From Thermoproteota archaeon (GTDB lineage: Archaea > Korarchaeota > Korarchaeia > Korarchaeales > Korarchaeaceae), in the NCBI GenBank assembly GCA_037917625.1, contig JAVCBY010000107.1:1-32612 (forward strand): 32,612 bases of DNA, written 5' to 3'. Under the pieces are notes generated by a model, which ran no database searches, was not told where the DNA came from, and was given only the letters and a program-made list of their open reading frames with translations. How positions within the stretch are numbered: the first letter of the stretch is position 1; each line of letters starts with the position of its first letter. Both the position numbers and the translations under genes were made by a program. Shown here piece after piece: positions 8,648 to 17,253 of the stretch.

Positions 8648-9706
8648 ATGGAAATTGAGAGAGAGCTTAAGGAGGCTAGGGAGTGGCTGGATGCCTTAAT
8701 GGAAAGATACTTCCCGAGGAAGATCAATGAGGAATATCTGGAGTGGTTAATGGGGAAGAGATCGCATGGCTATGATGCTATAACTGTGGAAAAAGCTATC
8801 TTCGAGCCGATGTGGGATCTACTATCTAGAGGGGGGAAGAGATGGAGACCCTGGCTATTCTTAGTCCTCTCTAGGAACTTAGGCGTTGATCTAGAGAGGT
8901 ATAAGGGGCTAACTTTGATAATAGAGCTCCTCCACAATGGCTCTCTGATAGCAGATGACATAGAGGATGGGGCCGAAATTAGGAGAGGAGATAAAGCTAT
9001 TCACATAAAGTATGGGTTAGACATAGCTGTGAACCTCTCTTCGGCTATGTACTTCCTCCCATTGAGGATCCTGATGGAGATGGATTTAGATGAGCTGAAG
9101 TATAAGAGGTTAGTTAACGCCTACCTGGAGGATATGATAAGGATACACATAGGCCAAGCGACAGATATAGGGTGGCACAGAGGCTTGAGGGATCCCGAGA
9201 CGATAGGAGTTGAGCATTACTTGGAGATGTGCGCTAACAAGACGGGTGTGCTCCCGAGGATGGCAGCGAGATTCGCAGCTATAGCTGCTGATCTCAATGA
9301 GGATGAGGAAAGGAGGATAGGTAAATTCGCGGAGTCAATAGGGGTGGCTTTCCAGATTCGAGATGATATATTGAATTTGAGGAGTGCTGAGAGCTTGGGT
9401 AAGGAGTTCGGTGAGGATATAAGGGAGGGGAAGATAACTCTCATGGTAATAATTACTCTCTCTAGAGCGAGCGAGGGGGAGAGGAGGAGGCTCAAGGAGA
9501 TACTATCGATGCACACGAAAGATAGAGAGCTCATAAAGGAAGCTATATCTATAATGGAGAGGCAAGGGGCTATTGATTATGCGAGGGATGTGGCTAGGAA
9601 GATAGTCTTAGAATCTTGGGAAGACGTCAAAGATTTACTTCCGGAGAACGTTTATAAGGATAAAATAAGGGAGCTAGCTAACTTCCTAATCGAGAGGAGC
9701 TTTTGA
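8648..9706 (+). CDS. trans-Polyprenyl diphosphate synthase (GGPP synthase-like)
   Basis: GGKRWRP, first Asp-rich motif DDIED..RRG, GQATD, KTG, second motif FQIRDD and DIREGKIT. Confidence 0.92.
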   Translation: MEIERELKEAREWLDALMERYFPRKINEEYLEWLMGKRSHGYDAITVEKAIFEPMWDLLSRGGKRWRPWLFLVLSRNLGVDLERYKGLTLIIELLHNGSLIADDIEDGAEIRRGDKAIHIKYGLDIAVNLSSAMYFLPLRILMEMDLDELKYKRLVNAYLEDMIRIHIGQATDIGWHRGLRDPETIGVEHYLEMCANKTGVLPRMAARFAAIAADLNEDEERRIGKFAESIGVAFQIRDDILNLRSAESLGKEFGEDIREGKITLMVIITLSRASEGERRRLKEILSMHTKDRELIKEAISIMERQGAIDYARDVARKIVLESWEDVKDLLPENVYKDKIRELANFLIERSF

Positions 9707-11137
9707 TCAATCTGAAATCTTCTCTAATGGCTTGACATCGTGTGGGGTAATCTCACTCATCCCGCTGTGGGAGATCAAAGCTATTCTAGCCTTAGATTTC
9801 ATCTCACTTATGTTAGCTGCCCCTACGTAACCGAAAGCTGCCTTGAGCCCAGCTACGAATCTATCCACCACTGTCGTTACGTCGCCCCTATACGGGACCA
9901 AGCCCTCTATTCCCTCAGCTATATCCTTCGAGGGCTTGCTATACCTATCCATAGCGAACCTCTTCGACCTAGCTGAGGGGCTCCCCATCCCCCTGTATAT
10001 CTTGTACATCTTCCCACCTATCATCATCGCAGACCCCGGCGATTCCTTCGTGCCAGCGAGAGCATACCCAAGCATGACGGCATCCGCTCCCATCGCGAAA
10101 GCTTTAGCTGCTTCACCAGGCCCCCTTATCCCACCATCAGCTATTACAGCTACATCCTTCGAGTACTTCCTGATGGCTTCACTAACTGAGGCCACCGCAT
10201 AGAGGGTGGGCGCAGCTACTCCAGTGACCTCACCAGTAGTGCATATGCTACCGCTCCCTATCCCGACCCTGAGCCCTATTATATCGAGCCTAGTTATCGC
10301 CTCCTCAGCTGCCTCATAAGTCCCTATATTCCCAGCTATTACCGGGACTTCCACCTCATTTATTATCCTCTTAGTTGCACTTATAACGTTCTCATTGTGG
10401 AAATGAGCTACATCAGTCACTAGGACATCTACGTAAGGTGCTAGACTCTTCGCTCTATCCATGTCGAAAGGTGAGATCGCAGCGCCCACTCTGAGCCTAC
10501 CTTCCTCATCCCTAGTAGCGAATGGATGGGACTCCCTGTAGAATACGTCCTTAGCTGTCACTAAGCCTATTAGCTCACCTGATTCGCTCACAACGGGGAG
10601 CTTCTCTATCTTATACTTCGCCATTATTTTTCTAGCCTCTTGAGGGGTTATTTCAGGGCCAACAGTAATTAGATCCTTCGTCATTATATCTTTAACGAGA
10701 AGGCTCCCATCCTCAGCGAAGTAAACGTCTCTCCGGGTCACTATCCCCACTAACTTCTTCCCATCTATCACAGGGAGGCCCGAGATACCGTGCTCCCTCA
10801 TCAACCTCCTCGCTTCTTCAACACTATCCTCAGGGGATACAGTTATGACATCCCTTATTATGAAGGATTCTGCTCTCTTAACAGCTTTCGCCATTCTCAC
10901 TTGTTCCTCGATGCTGCAGTTCCTGTGTAGTATACCTAAACCCCCCATCCTAGCCATCGCGATAGCCATTTCCTCCTCCGTCACGGTATCCATCGGGGAC
11001 GAGAGTATGGGGATGCTCAACGCTATATTCCCGATCCTCGTGGTTAGATCTACGTTAGAGGGCTCTATCTCAGTCTTTCCAGGTAGGATTATCACATCAT
11101 TGAACGTGAAAGCGAACTCAAACCTATCTATCCGCAT
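9707..11137 (-). CDS. guaB: Inosine-5'-monophosphate dehydrogenase with CBS pair
   Basis: SSPMDTVTE, two CBS repeats, catalytic loop GIGSGSICTT, IADGGIR, YRGMGS, flap RY dyad and EGIEG. Confidence 0.95.
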   Translation of the reverse strand: MRIDRFEFAFTFNDVIILPGKTEIEPSNVDLTTRIGNIALSIPILSSPMDTVTEEEMAIAMARMGGLGILHRNCSIEEQVRMAKAVKRAESFIIRDVITVSPEDSVEEARRLMREHGISGLPVIDGKKLVGIVTRRDVYFAEDGSLLVKDIMTKDLITVGPEITPQEARKIMAKYKIEKLPVVSESGELIGLVTAKDVFYRESHPFATRDEEGRLRVGAAISPFDMDRAKSLAPYVDVLVTDVAHFHNENVISATKRIINEVEVPVIAGNIGTYEAAEEAITRLDIIGLRVGIGSGSICTTGEVTGVAAPTLYAVASVSEAIRKYSKDVAVIADGGIRGPGEAAKAFAMGADAVMLGYALAGTKESPGSAMMIGGKMYKIYRGMGSPSARSKRFAMDRYSKPSKDIAEGIEGLVPYRGDVTTVVDRFVAGLKAAFGYVGAANISEMKSKARIALISHSGMSEITPHDVKPLEKISD

Positions 11138-11170
11138 AAATAGATTCCCCTCAGCTCATGATAAACTTTG

Positions 11171-11581
11171 CTACCCCTCCCTCTCGAGCGTCCTCACTTT
11201 CGGTATCAAGTTCCTGAGGACTCTCCCATCGTAGTATCCGGAGCCAGCAAAAACTTCGCCGTATCTCACTATATAGACGCCTTTCTCAGGTAGCTTCAAC
11301 TCTATATCATCTCCACGCATCCACCTCTTGAAATCCGATTCGTTGAGATCAACTAAATGCTTCTTCGCACTCCTCCCTATGAGGAAGGATCCCTCTATGC
11401 TTATTATGAAGCCATAAGGAGCTCTCTTAGCTACATGTACTCCCCTCAGGAAGATATTATTGATCTCAACTCTCGCCTCGGGGGAGCAAGCTCTGATCTT
11501 ATCCTTACTAGATGGGAACAATTCTATCCCAGAGATCTCAGATCCGAACCAATCTTTCACCCACTCTAGGAACCCTTTCAC
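11171..11581 (-). CDS. NIP7/PUA-like RNA-binding protein (similar to the RsmF C-terminal region)
   Basis: The tracked ORF runs 11171-11707, but the likely start is GTG at 11581, overlapping the upstream methyltransferase stop (GTGA). C-terminal WMRGDDI...YIVRY...GSG...LRNLIPK pattern. Confidence 0.65.
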   Translation of the reverse strand: MKGFLEWVKDWFGSEISGIELFPSSKDKIRACSPEARVEINNIFLRGVHVAKRAPYGFIISIEGSFLIGRSAKKHLVDLNESDFKRWMRGDDIELKLPEKGVYIVRYGEVFAGSGYYDGRVLRNLIPKVRTLEREG

Positions 11582-12525
11582 CCCGGCTTCCTCAGGACCG
11601 CTATGAAGAACCCTATCGTATCGTTGTCCTGAGGGTATATCCTCATGCACCTCTCCATCTCGCTCCCGAAATCCCAATCCATCCATTTCCTCAACCCCCT
11701 CCTCCAAATTAACCCCTTAACTTCAGGCTCCTCAATTATCGCTCCGATTTGAAGCAATTTATAAACTACCCATTCATTCTCTTTAGGCTCGAACGTGCAA
11801 GTTGAGTAGACCATCAGCCCCCCGGGCTTCAAGGTCTCATAAGCCGCTTTAGCTAGAGAGACTTGGAGCCTCGATATCCTCTCAACGTTCCTGGGGCTCC
11901 ACCTAGCTAAAGCTCCCCAGTTCCTCCTCACCTCCCCGAGTGAACTGCAAGGACTATCTAAGAGCACCTTATCGAAGGAATCCCTTCCCAGTATCTCAGG
12001 GGCTCTCCTACCATCGAACATAGTGATTACTACGTTAATAGAGCCCATCCTCTGGACGTTAGATGATAGGGAATCCACTCTCTCCGGGCTCACATCATTG
12101 GCTACGATTAACCCCTTATGGAGCATCATCTCCGACATCTGCGTAGTCTTCGATCCAGGAGAGGCTGCTAAATCTAATACCCTCTCACCGGGCTTGGGCG
12201 AGAGGAGAACTGGGGGTACCATTGATGCAGCTTCCTGGACATAATAAAGGCCTAACTGATGCCATTCCGTGTTTCCAAGCCTCTCTGGACCTCTAATTAC
12301 CCTGTAACCATGTTCGTACCAAGGTATCTGGGAGAGCTCCCATCCTCCGGCCCTCAGAACTGAGAGGAGCCATCCGGGATCGACCTTCATGGGATTGATC
12401 CTTATGCTAGGAACCGGCCTCTTAGCCATGAATGATAGGAAAGTCTCATACTCATCCCCTAAGAGCTCCCTATACCTCCTCTCGAACTCAGGTTTTATTA
12501 AGCCCTCGGGTATACCGTATTCCAT
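11578..12525 (-). CDS. NOL1/NOP2/Sun (RsmB/RsmF) family RNA cytosine-C5 methyltransferase
   Basis: YYVQEAASM, VLDLAASPGSKT, both catalytic cysteines (DSPCS, YSTCT) and ENE. ATG at 12525 preferred over TTG at 12546. Confidence 0.92.
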   Translation of the reverse strand: MEYGIPEGLIKPEFERRYRELLGDEYETFLSFMAKRPVPSIRINPMKVDPGWLLSVLRAGGWELSQIPWYEHGYRVIRGPERLGNTEWHQLGLYYVQEAASMVPPVLLSPKPGERVLDLAASPGSKTTQMSEMMLHKGLIVANDVSPERVDSLSSNVQRMGSINVVITMFDGRRAPEILGRDSFDKVLLDSPCSSLGEVRRNWGALARWSPRNVERISRLQVSLAKAAYETLKPGGLMVYSTCTFEPKENEWVVYKLLQIGAIIEEPEVKGLIWRRGLRKWMDWDFGSEMERCMRIYPQDNDTIGFFIAVLRKPG

Positions 12526-12582
12526 CGTGGATCGGAGCGGGCTCAATTTAATATCGTTGGAGCTCGAGCATACAAGATCATC

Positions 12583-14289
12583 ATGGAGGACCTGAGGGAG
12601 TTAATAACGAGATTGGCCGCCGAGAACGCTCTCAAGTACGGAAAGGCCGATGCCAAAGCTGTAATAGGAAAAATATTATACATAAGACCTGATCTTAAGC
12701 AAAAAGTGAGGGAGCTGATCCCCCTAGTGGAGGAAGTAGTGCGAGTAGTGAATGAGATGCCTAAGGAAGCTCTAGAGAGCATAGGGGAAGTGAAGAAGGA
12801 GAAGAAGGAGGAAGTGAGGAGATGGCCCGACCTACCTAAAGCGGAGAGAGGGAAGGTCGTTACTAGGGTAGCTCCAGAGCCCAACGGTTATCCAACGCTT
12901 GGGCATGCTAAGGGGCTGCTCGTCCCCTTCATATATGCTAGGCTCTACGGGGGCAAATTCCTCCTGAGGTTCGAGGACACTAACCCTAGAGTGGAGAAAT
13001 TAGAGTACTATGATGCTATAAGGGAAGAATTCTCACGCCTCCTCGAGGCTTGTGAGGAGGAACTCGGCCTCTCCCCAGGCAAATGGGATGAGGAGATAAT
13101 AGAGTCCTATTACTTGGATGAGATGTACACTCTCGCTAGGAAGCTCATAGAGATAGGTAAGGCTTACGTTTGCACATGTCCCGCGACTGAAGTTAGGAAG
13201 AGGAGGAAGCTTGGGATTAGTTGCGATCACAGGGATCAACCGATAGAGAGGAATTTGGAGCTTTGGGATAAGATGCTTAACGGTGATTTCAGGGAGGGGG
13301 AAGCTCATCTCAGGCTAAAGACAGATATGAAACATCCTAATGTCACGATGAGGGATCCCGGGATATTCAGAGTGATAGAAGCTGAGCACCCTATACGTGG
13401 GGATAAGTACAGGGTTTACCCAGTTTATGACTTCTCAGTTAGCGTCATGGATTCATTAACGGGCGTAACTCACGCTTTCAGGAGCAAGGAATTCGAGCCT
13501 CACGTAGATGTCCAGAGGCATATAGTGAGAGCTCTTGGATTAAGGGAATATGAGATGATCCAATTCGGCAGGATAACCGTGGAAGGGATACCTCTCTCCA
13601 AGAGGTACATAAGGCCCTTGGTTGAGAGCGGGATCCTCGAGGGGTGGGACGATCCTAGGATACCCACGCTCAGGGGGCTCTTCAGGAGGGGGATAACTCC
13701 GAGAGCTATAGTCAGGTTCTTCTATGAGCTAGGCCCCAGCAAAGTAGACGCTACTGTCAACATGAGTGCTATAGCTTCGATAAACAGGAAGATCCTGGAC
13801 CCCATAGCTGAAAGATATATGTTCGTTCCCAATCCGATAAAAGCTAAGATAGAGGGCCTGATCCCCCCAGTAGTAGCTCAAGTTGAGGTCCATCCAGATT
13901 CAAAGGAGAGGAGGGAGATAAGGCTAGATGAAAATGAGATCTTCATAGCTTCATCTGACCTAGAGGGCTTGAAACCCGGGGATGAACTTAGGTTAAGGGG
14001 CTTGGTTAACGTAACCATCAGGAGCGTGAATCCTGACGAGGTCTCCCTCAGAGTGAGCGAGGAACAGAGAGTCAAGGGTGTGAAGATAATACAATGGGCA
14101 CCAGTTAAGAATGGAGTCCCCGCTAGACTCTTCGTCCCCGAGAGCCCTTATAGCTTCAGGATGCTCGGGGGCTACGGTGAGCCTGCCTTGAGGGAAATAA
14201 GGGAGGGCGAAATGGTCCAGTTCGTGAGGATTGGTTTCGCTAGATCGGACAGAAGGGACCCCCTGACCTTCATATTATCGCATGATTGA
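12583..14289 (+). CDS. gltX: Glutamyl-tRNA synthetase (archaeal type)
   Basis: TRVAPEPNGYPTLGH (HIGH variant), LRFEDTNP, CTC...CDH, VYPVYDF, LSKR (KMSKS equivalent), GWDDPRIPTL and QFVRIGF. Confidence 0.95.
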   Translation: MEDLRELITRLAAENALKYGKADAKAVIGKILYIRPDLKQKVRELIPLVEEVVRVVNEMPKEALESIGEVKKEKKEEVRRWPDLPKAERGKVVTRVAPEPNGYPTLGHAKGLLVPFIYARLYGGKFLLRFEDTNPRVEKLEYYDAIREEFSRLLEACEEELGLSPGKWDEEIIESYYLDEMYTLARKLIEIGKAYVCTCPATEVRKRRKLGISCDHRDQPIERNLELWDKMLNGDFREGEAHLRLKTDMKHPNVTMRDPGIFRVIEAEHPIRGDKYRVYPVYDFSVSVMDSLTGVTHAFRSKEFEPHVDVQRHIVRALGLREYEMIQFGRITVEGIPLSKRYIRPLVESGILEGWDDPRIPTLRGLFRRGITPRAIVRFFYELGPSKVDATVNMSAIASINRKILDPIAERYMFVPNPIKAKIEGLIPPVVAQVEVHPDSKERREIRLDENEIFIASSDLEGLKPGDELRLRGLVNVTIRSVNPDEVSLRVSEEQRVKGVKIIQWAPVKNGVPARLFVPESPYSFRMLGGYGEPALREIREGEMVQFVRIGFARSDRRDPLTFILSHD

Positions 14290-14341
14290 TGCTTGAGCTC
14301 GGGAGGACATATACGAATAATATCCACGCATTAAAAGGGGA

Positions 14342-14362
14342 GAATCCCTTTTAAAGGGAGTC
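14342..14362 (+). promoter_or_regulatory. TATA-like box (TTTTAAA) embedded in an inverted repeat, upstream of the 955-aa gene
   Basis: GAATCCCTTT-T-AAAGGGAGTC. The inner 7-bp arms are perfect. It lies about 30 bp before the ATG at 14386. Confidence 0.45.
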
Positions 14363-14385
14363 GCTTCTATAAAATTGAGATAGTC

Positions 14386-17253
14386 ATGAAGAGAGCGCTA
14401 GCCCTCATTATAATACTGTTGCTAGCGATTGCGAATACATTAAGCGTTTATTGCCATGATTTCTCCCCCTCGGAAGTCTTTAATTTGAGGATTTACAGTT
14501 CAAAACCCATGTTCAGCATCCCAAAGCCCATAGCATACAATTACACTATTTATGTGGCGGGAGGTCGGGGGAGCGATATAATAGCTGTCTCGACAGATGG
14601 TAAAGTGCTCTGGTCGCAGAACGTCGGTGGCCTTATAGCTACACCGCCCCTCCTAATCCCTGATGTCCCTCTCAGCCAAACGAAGAAGGAGGCATGGATA
14701 ATAGCTCTAACCGAAGCTCCCGAGCTGAGGGCATTTGATGCTGCGAAGGGAGGGCTGAGGATATACGGGATAACTCTACCATCGACATCAGCTGGGGTCC
14801 AGCCTGAGTACGCTGGGGATGGTAGGACCGTATTCCTTCCCCTTCAGAGCTCGATCCAAGCGTTAGATATAAGGTCGAGGGCGGAACTTTGGTTCAAAAA
14901 TTTGACGTTTAGGATAAGTTTCATCAAGAACTTGGGAAATAATTTACTCGTTCTTGGGAAGGCGGATCTGGTACTCCTCAACTTTAGGGGAGAGGTCCTA
15001 TGGGAGAGGAAACTGGACCAGAGGATAGAGGCATTCGGCACGAGCTCAAGTTATCTAGCGATCTTGCTCGAAAATAAGACATTGGTGCTGATGGATGTGA
15101 ATAGAGGGACTTATCTCTCCAAGATCGATCTCTCGAACCAGCTGGGGTATAGCGTGCCATCAGGGGAATTTCAGATCGTGGAGGGGGCTGCTGTACTCGC
15201 GGGATCGAACGGGATCATATATCAGATAGATCTTAGGAAGATGGAGATCAAAAAATCGATAAAAACTTGGGTTATGCCAGTAAAGCAGCCAATAATAATA
15301 GAGAAAGCTCTATTCTACTTCGGAGAGGGGGGATTGGTGAGGGAATACCACTTCCCCCTCGGGATAATGCTCTTCGAGGTCAGGATAGGAGGGGAGATCG
15401 GGAGTGACCCCTATATATTCAAGGATCCAAGGAATAAGAGCTATCTCATAACTCTCTTCGATTATTCAGGAGTATTGCATTTACTTAGATTCCCAGAACT
15501 CACTATAAAGATCCTTGATTTGAAAGAAGAGGGAGGAGGTTACTTAATCGAGGGTTACGTGTGCAGTACAGCTTCATCAGGACCTAGGGAATCCTTGAGG
15601 ATTTATACACTTGATAAAGACGCTAATCAGATAGGTGAAAAGGGAATAGGATCGATAGGGCCAGGAGAATGCTCAGCTAGGTTTTCAACTCTCCTACCGG
15701 GCAGAGGGGCGATAGGCTTGATACTAGGGGACTTCAAGTTCCCGCCTAATGCGGTAATCGGGATGAGTACTGAGGATTGGATATCTATGAGACCTGGAGT
15801 TATCGTTACTACGACTACGAGACCCTCGATAACCCCTTCCTTGAGCTTCGAATCCCCGAAGAGCGTGGTAGTTGGTGAAAAATTTGAAGTGAGGGTGAGA
15901 GGTGTTAACGGTTGGAACGTCACTAAACTAACCCTTAAGCTCACTGGAAGTGGTATAGATGAGGTCACGAAGGAGATCAGCTCGAGTTACGGGGAAGAAT
16001 TTGAGGCAAAGTTGGAAAGTTTCGCTAAGAGCGTATCGGAGGATACGAGGATCCTCTTAATAGGGGATGGTTCTGTGCTACGGGATGAAGTCCTCCATAT
16101 CAGGATAGAGAGGGGGAAGATCATAGAATCGATAGAATCTCCAGAGAGGCTGAACTTAAACGAAAGCTTAGATTTGAGTGTGACCCTCGTGAATAGATAC
16201 AGAGAAGGCGAGCAGTTCCTAGTGAGAGTGGAGCTCGGTAACTCGAGCGATGAGAAGATGACTATGCCCCTGGCTGCCGGGGAGTCCCAAACACTGAGGT
16301 TTAGCATCAAGCCTAGGATAAACGGAAGCCTCCAGCTGCTCGTATCTGTTCTCCTGAGCAATGGTACTAAGATAGAAGAATCCTCTAAGCCTGTTGTGGT
16401 TGTGAAGCCCCCTCAAGTGACCCAGACACCCCAACCGACATCTACCGCAACTACGCCAGTTACATCAGCTATACCGCAGATCAGGATGGAGTACCTCATA
16501 GCAGCAGCTCTTTTGCTGCTCTCATTAGCGATCGCACTCCTCTTAGTGAGACCCAGGCCGCCGAAGAAGAGGGTAGAGGTGATAGCCCCGATCCCCGAGA
16601 GGGTTCCGGAGGTAGTTGAGACTCCAGAGCTAGAAGAGGTTCCCGAAGCTGAGGAATATCGCGAGGAAATCCCAATGGGGTGGGAGAGCATAGAGGAGAG
16701 GATAGAAGCTCCAGAGGTACCAGAAGCTCTACCGGAAGAGGAGATTCCACTAGAGATACCAGAGGCTTTACCGGGAGAGGAAGTTCCGAGGGCCGTGCCT
16801 GTGGAACTCATAGAATCCATTGAGAGGGAAATAAGGGACCTGAACCTGAAGATTGAGGAGATTAAGAGCAAGCTAGCTGATATAGAAGAGCTATTAGGCT
16901 TCGAACTATCCCCATATAGGTTAGTTGATGCGGAATCATCCTTAGTTACTGCTGAGCTGAGGCTCAAGGAGGGCAATTATGAGGAAGCCGAGAGGTTAGT
17001 GAATTCAGTTAAGCAGTCCCTCAGAGTACTGACGGAGGAGATCAAAGAGGCTGAGAAAGTGTTCAAAGAAAATTGGGGGGCTGCGGAGAACAGGATAGAT
17101 ATAATGTTGAGAGTTTGGGGGAAGGCCCCAGCTACAATGCTCACTATGGTACCCCCGAGCTTCAGGATAGCTGCACTCGAGAGATTCATGAGGACGCATA
17201 AGGAGAAGAAATTGGAGCTGAGAGGAGATGAGTTAGTTCTAATCAGTGACTGA
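14386..17253 (+). CDS. Uncharacterised single-pass membrane protein: signal peptide, PQQ-like beta-propeller, Ig-like domains, Thr/Pro linker, TM helix, acidic and coiled-coil tail
   Basis: N-terminal MKRALALIIILLLAIA, repeated GKVLW/GEVLW/ELW blades, beta-rich middle, TQTPQPTSTATT linker, YLIAAALLLLSLAIALLLV followed by RPRPPKKR, Glu/Pro-rich region and heptad-like helices. Confidence 0.75.
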   Translation: MKRALALIIILLLAIANTLSVYCHDFSPSEVFNLRIYSSKPMFSIPKPIAYNYTIYVAGGRGSDIIAVSTDGKVLWSQNVGGLIATPPLLIPDVPLSQTKKEAWIIALTEAPELRAFDAAKGGLRIYGITLPSTSAGVQPEYAGDGRTVFLPLQSSIQALDIRSRAELWFKNLTFRISFIKNLGNNLLVLGKADLVLLNFRGEVLWERKLDQRIEAFGTSSSYLAILLENKTLVLMDVNRGTYLSKIDLSNQLGYSVPSGEFQIVEGAAVLAGSNGIIYQIDLRKMEIKKSIKTWVMPVKQPIIIEKALFYFGEGGLVREYHFPLGIMLFEVRIGGEIGSDPYIFKDPRNKSYLITLFDYSGVLHLLRFPELTIKILDLKEEGGGYLIEGYVCSTASSGPRESLRIYTLDKDANQIGEKGIGSIGPGECSARFSTLLPGRGAIGLILGDFKFPPNAVIGMSTEDWISMRPGVIVTTTTRPSITPSLSFESPKSVVVGEKFEVRVRGVNGWNVTKLTLKLTGSGIDEVTKEISSSYGEEFEAKLESFAKSVSEDTRILLIGDGSVLRDEVLHIRIERGKIIESIESPERLNLNESLDLSVTLVNRYREGEQFLVRVELGNSSDEKMTMPLAAGESQTLRFSIKPRINGSLQLLVSVLLSNGTKIEESSKPVVVVKPPQVTQTPQPTSTATTPVTSAIPQIRMEYLIAAALLLLSLAIALLLVRPRPPKKRVEVIAPIPERVPEVVETPELEEVPEAEEYREEIPMGWESIEERIEAPEVPEALPEEEIPLEIPEALPGEEVPRAVPVELIESIEREIRDLNLKIEEIKSKLADIEELLGFELSPYRLVDAESSLVTAELRLKEGNYEEAERLVNSVKQSLRVLTEEIKEAEKVFKENWGAAENRIDIMLRVWGKAPATMLTMVPPSFRIAALERFMRTHKEKKLELRGDELVLISD
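16714..16787 (+). repeat. Imperfect intragenic tandem duplication, 39-bp period
   Basis: gaggtaccagaagctctaccggaagaggagattcc at 16714 and gagataccagaggctttaccgggagaggaagttcc at 16753, encoding EVPEALPEEEIP and EIPEALPGEEVP. Confidence 0.7.

Noticed and set aside
9707..11137. Possibility that the GuaB homolog is a GMP reductase
   Set aside because: The flap Arg-Tyr dyad and the following EG motif typical of IMPDH are present.
11582..11707. N-terminal extension of the 178-aa ORF
   Set aside because: It lies inside the methyltransferase C-terminus in another frame. The GTGA overlap at 11578-11581 gives a better start.
15627..17199. Several long antisense ORFs (113-187 aa) opposite the 955-aa gene
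   Set aside because: They are Ser/Ile/Leu-rich shadows of the purine-rich sense codons, with no motifs or start signals.
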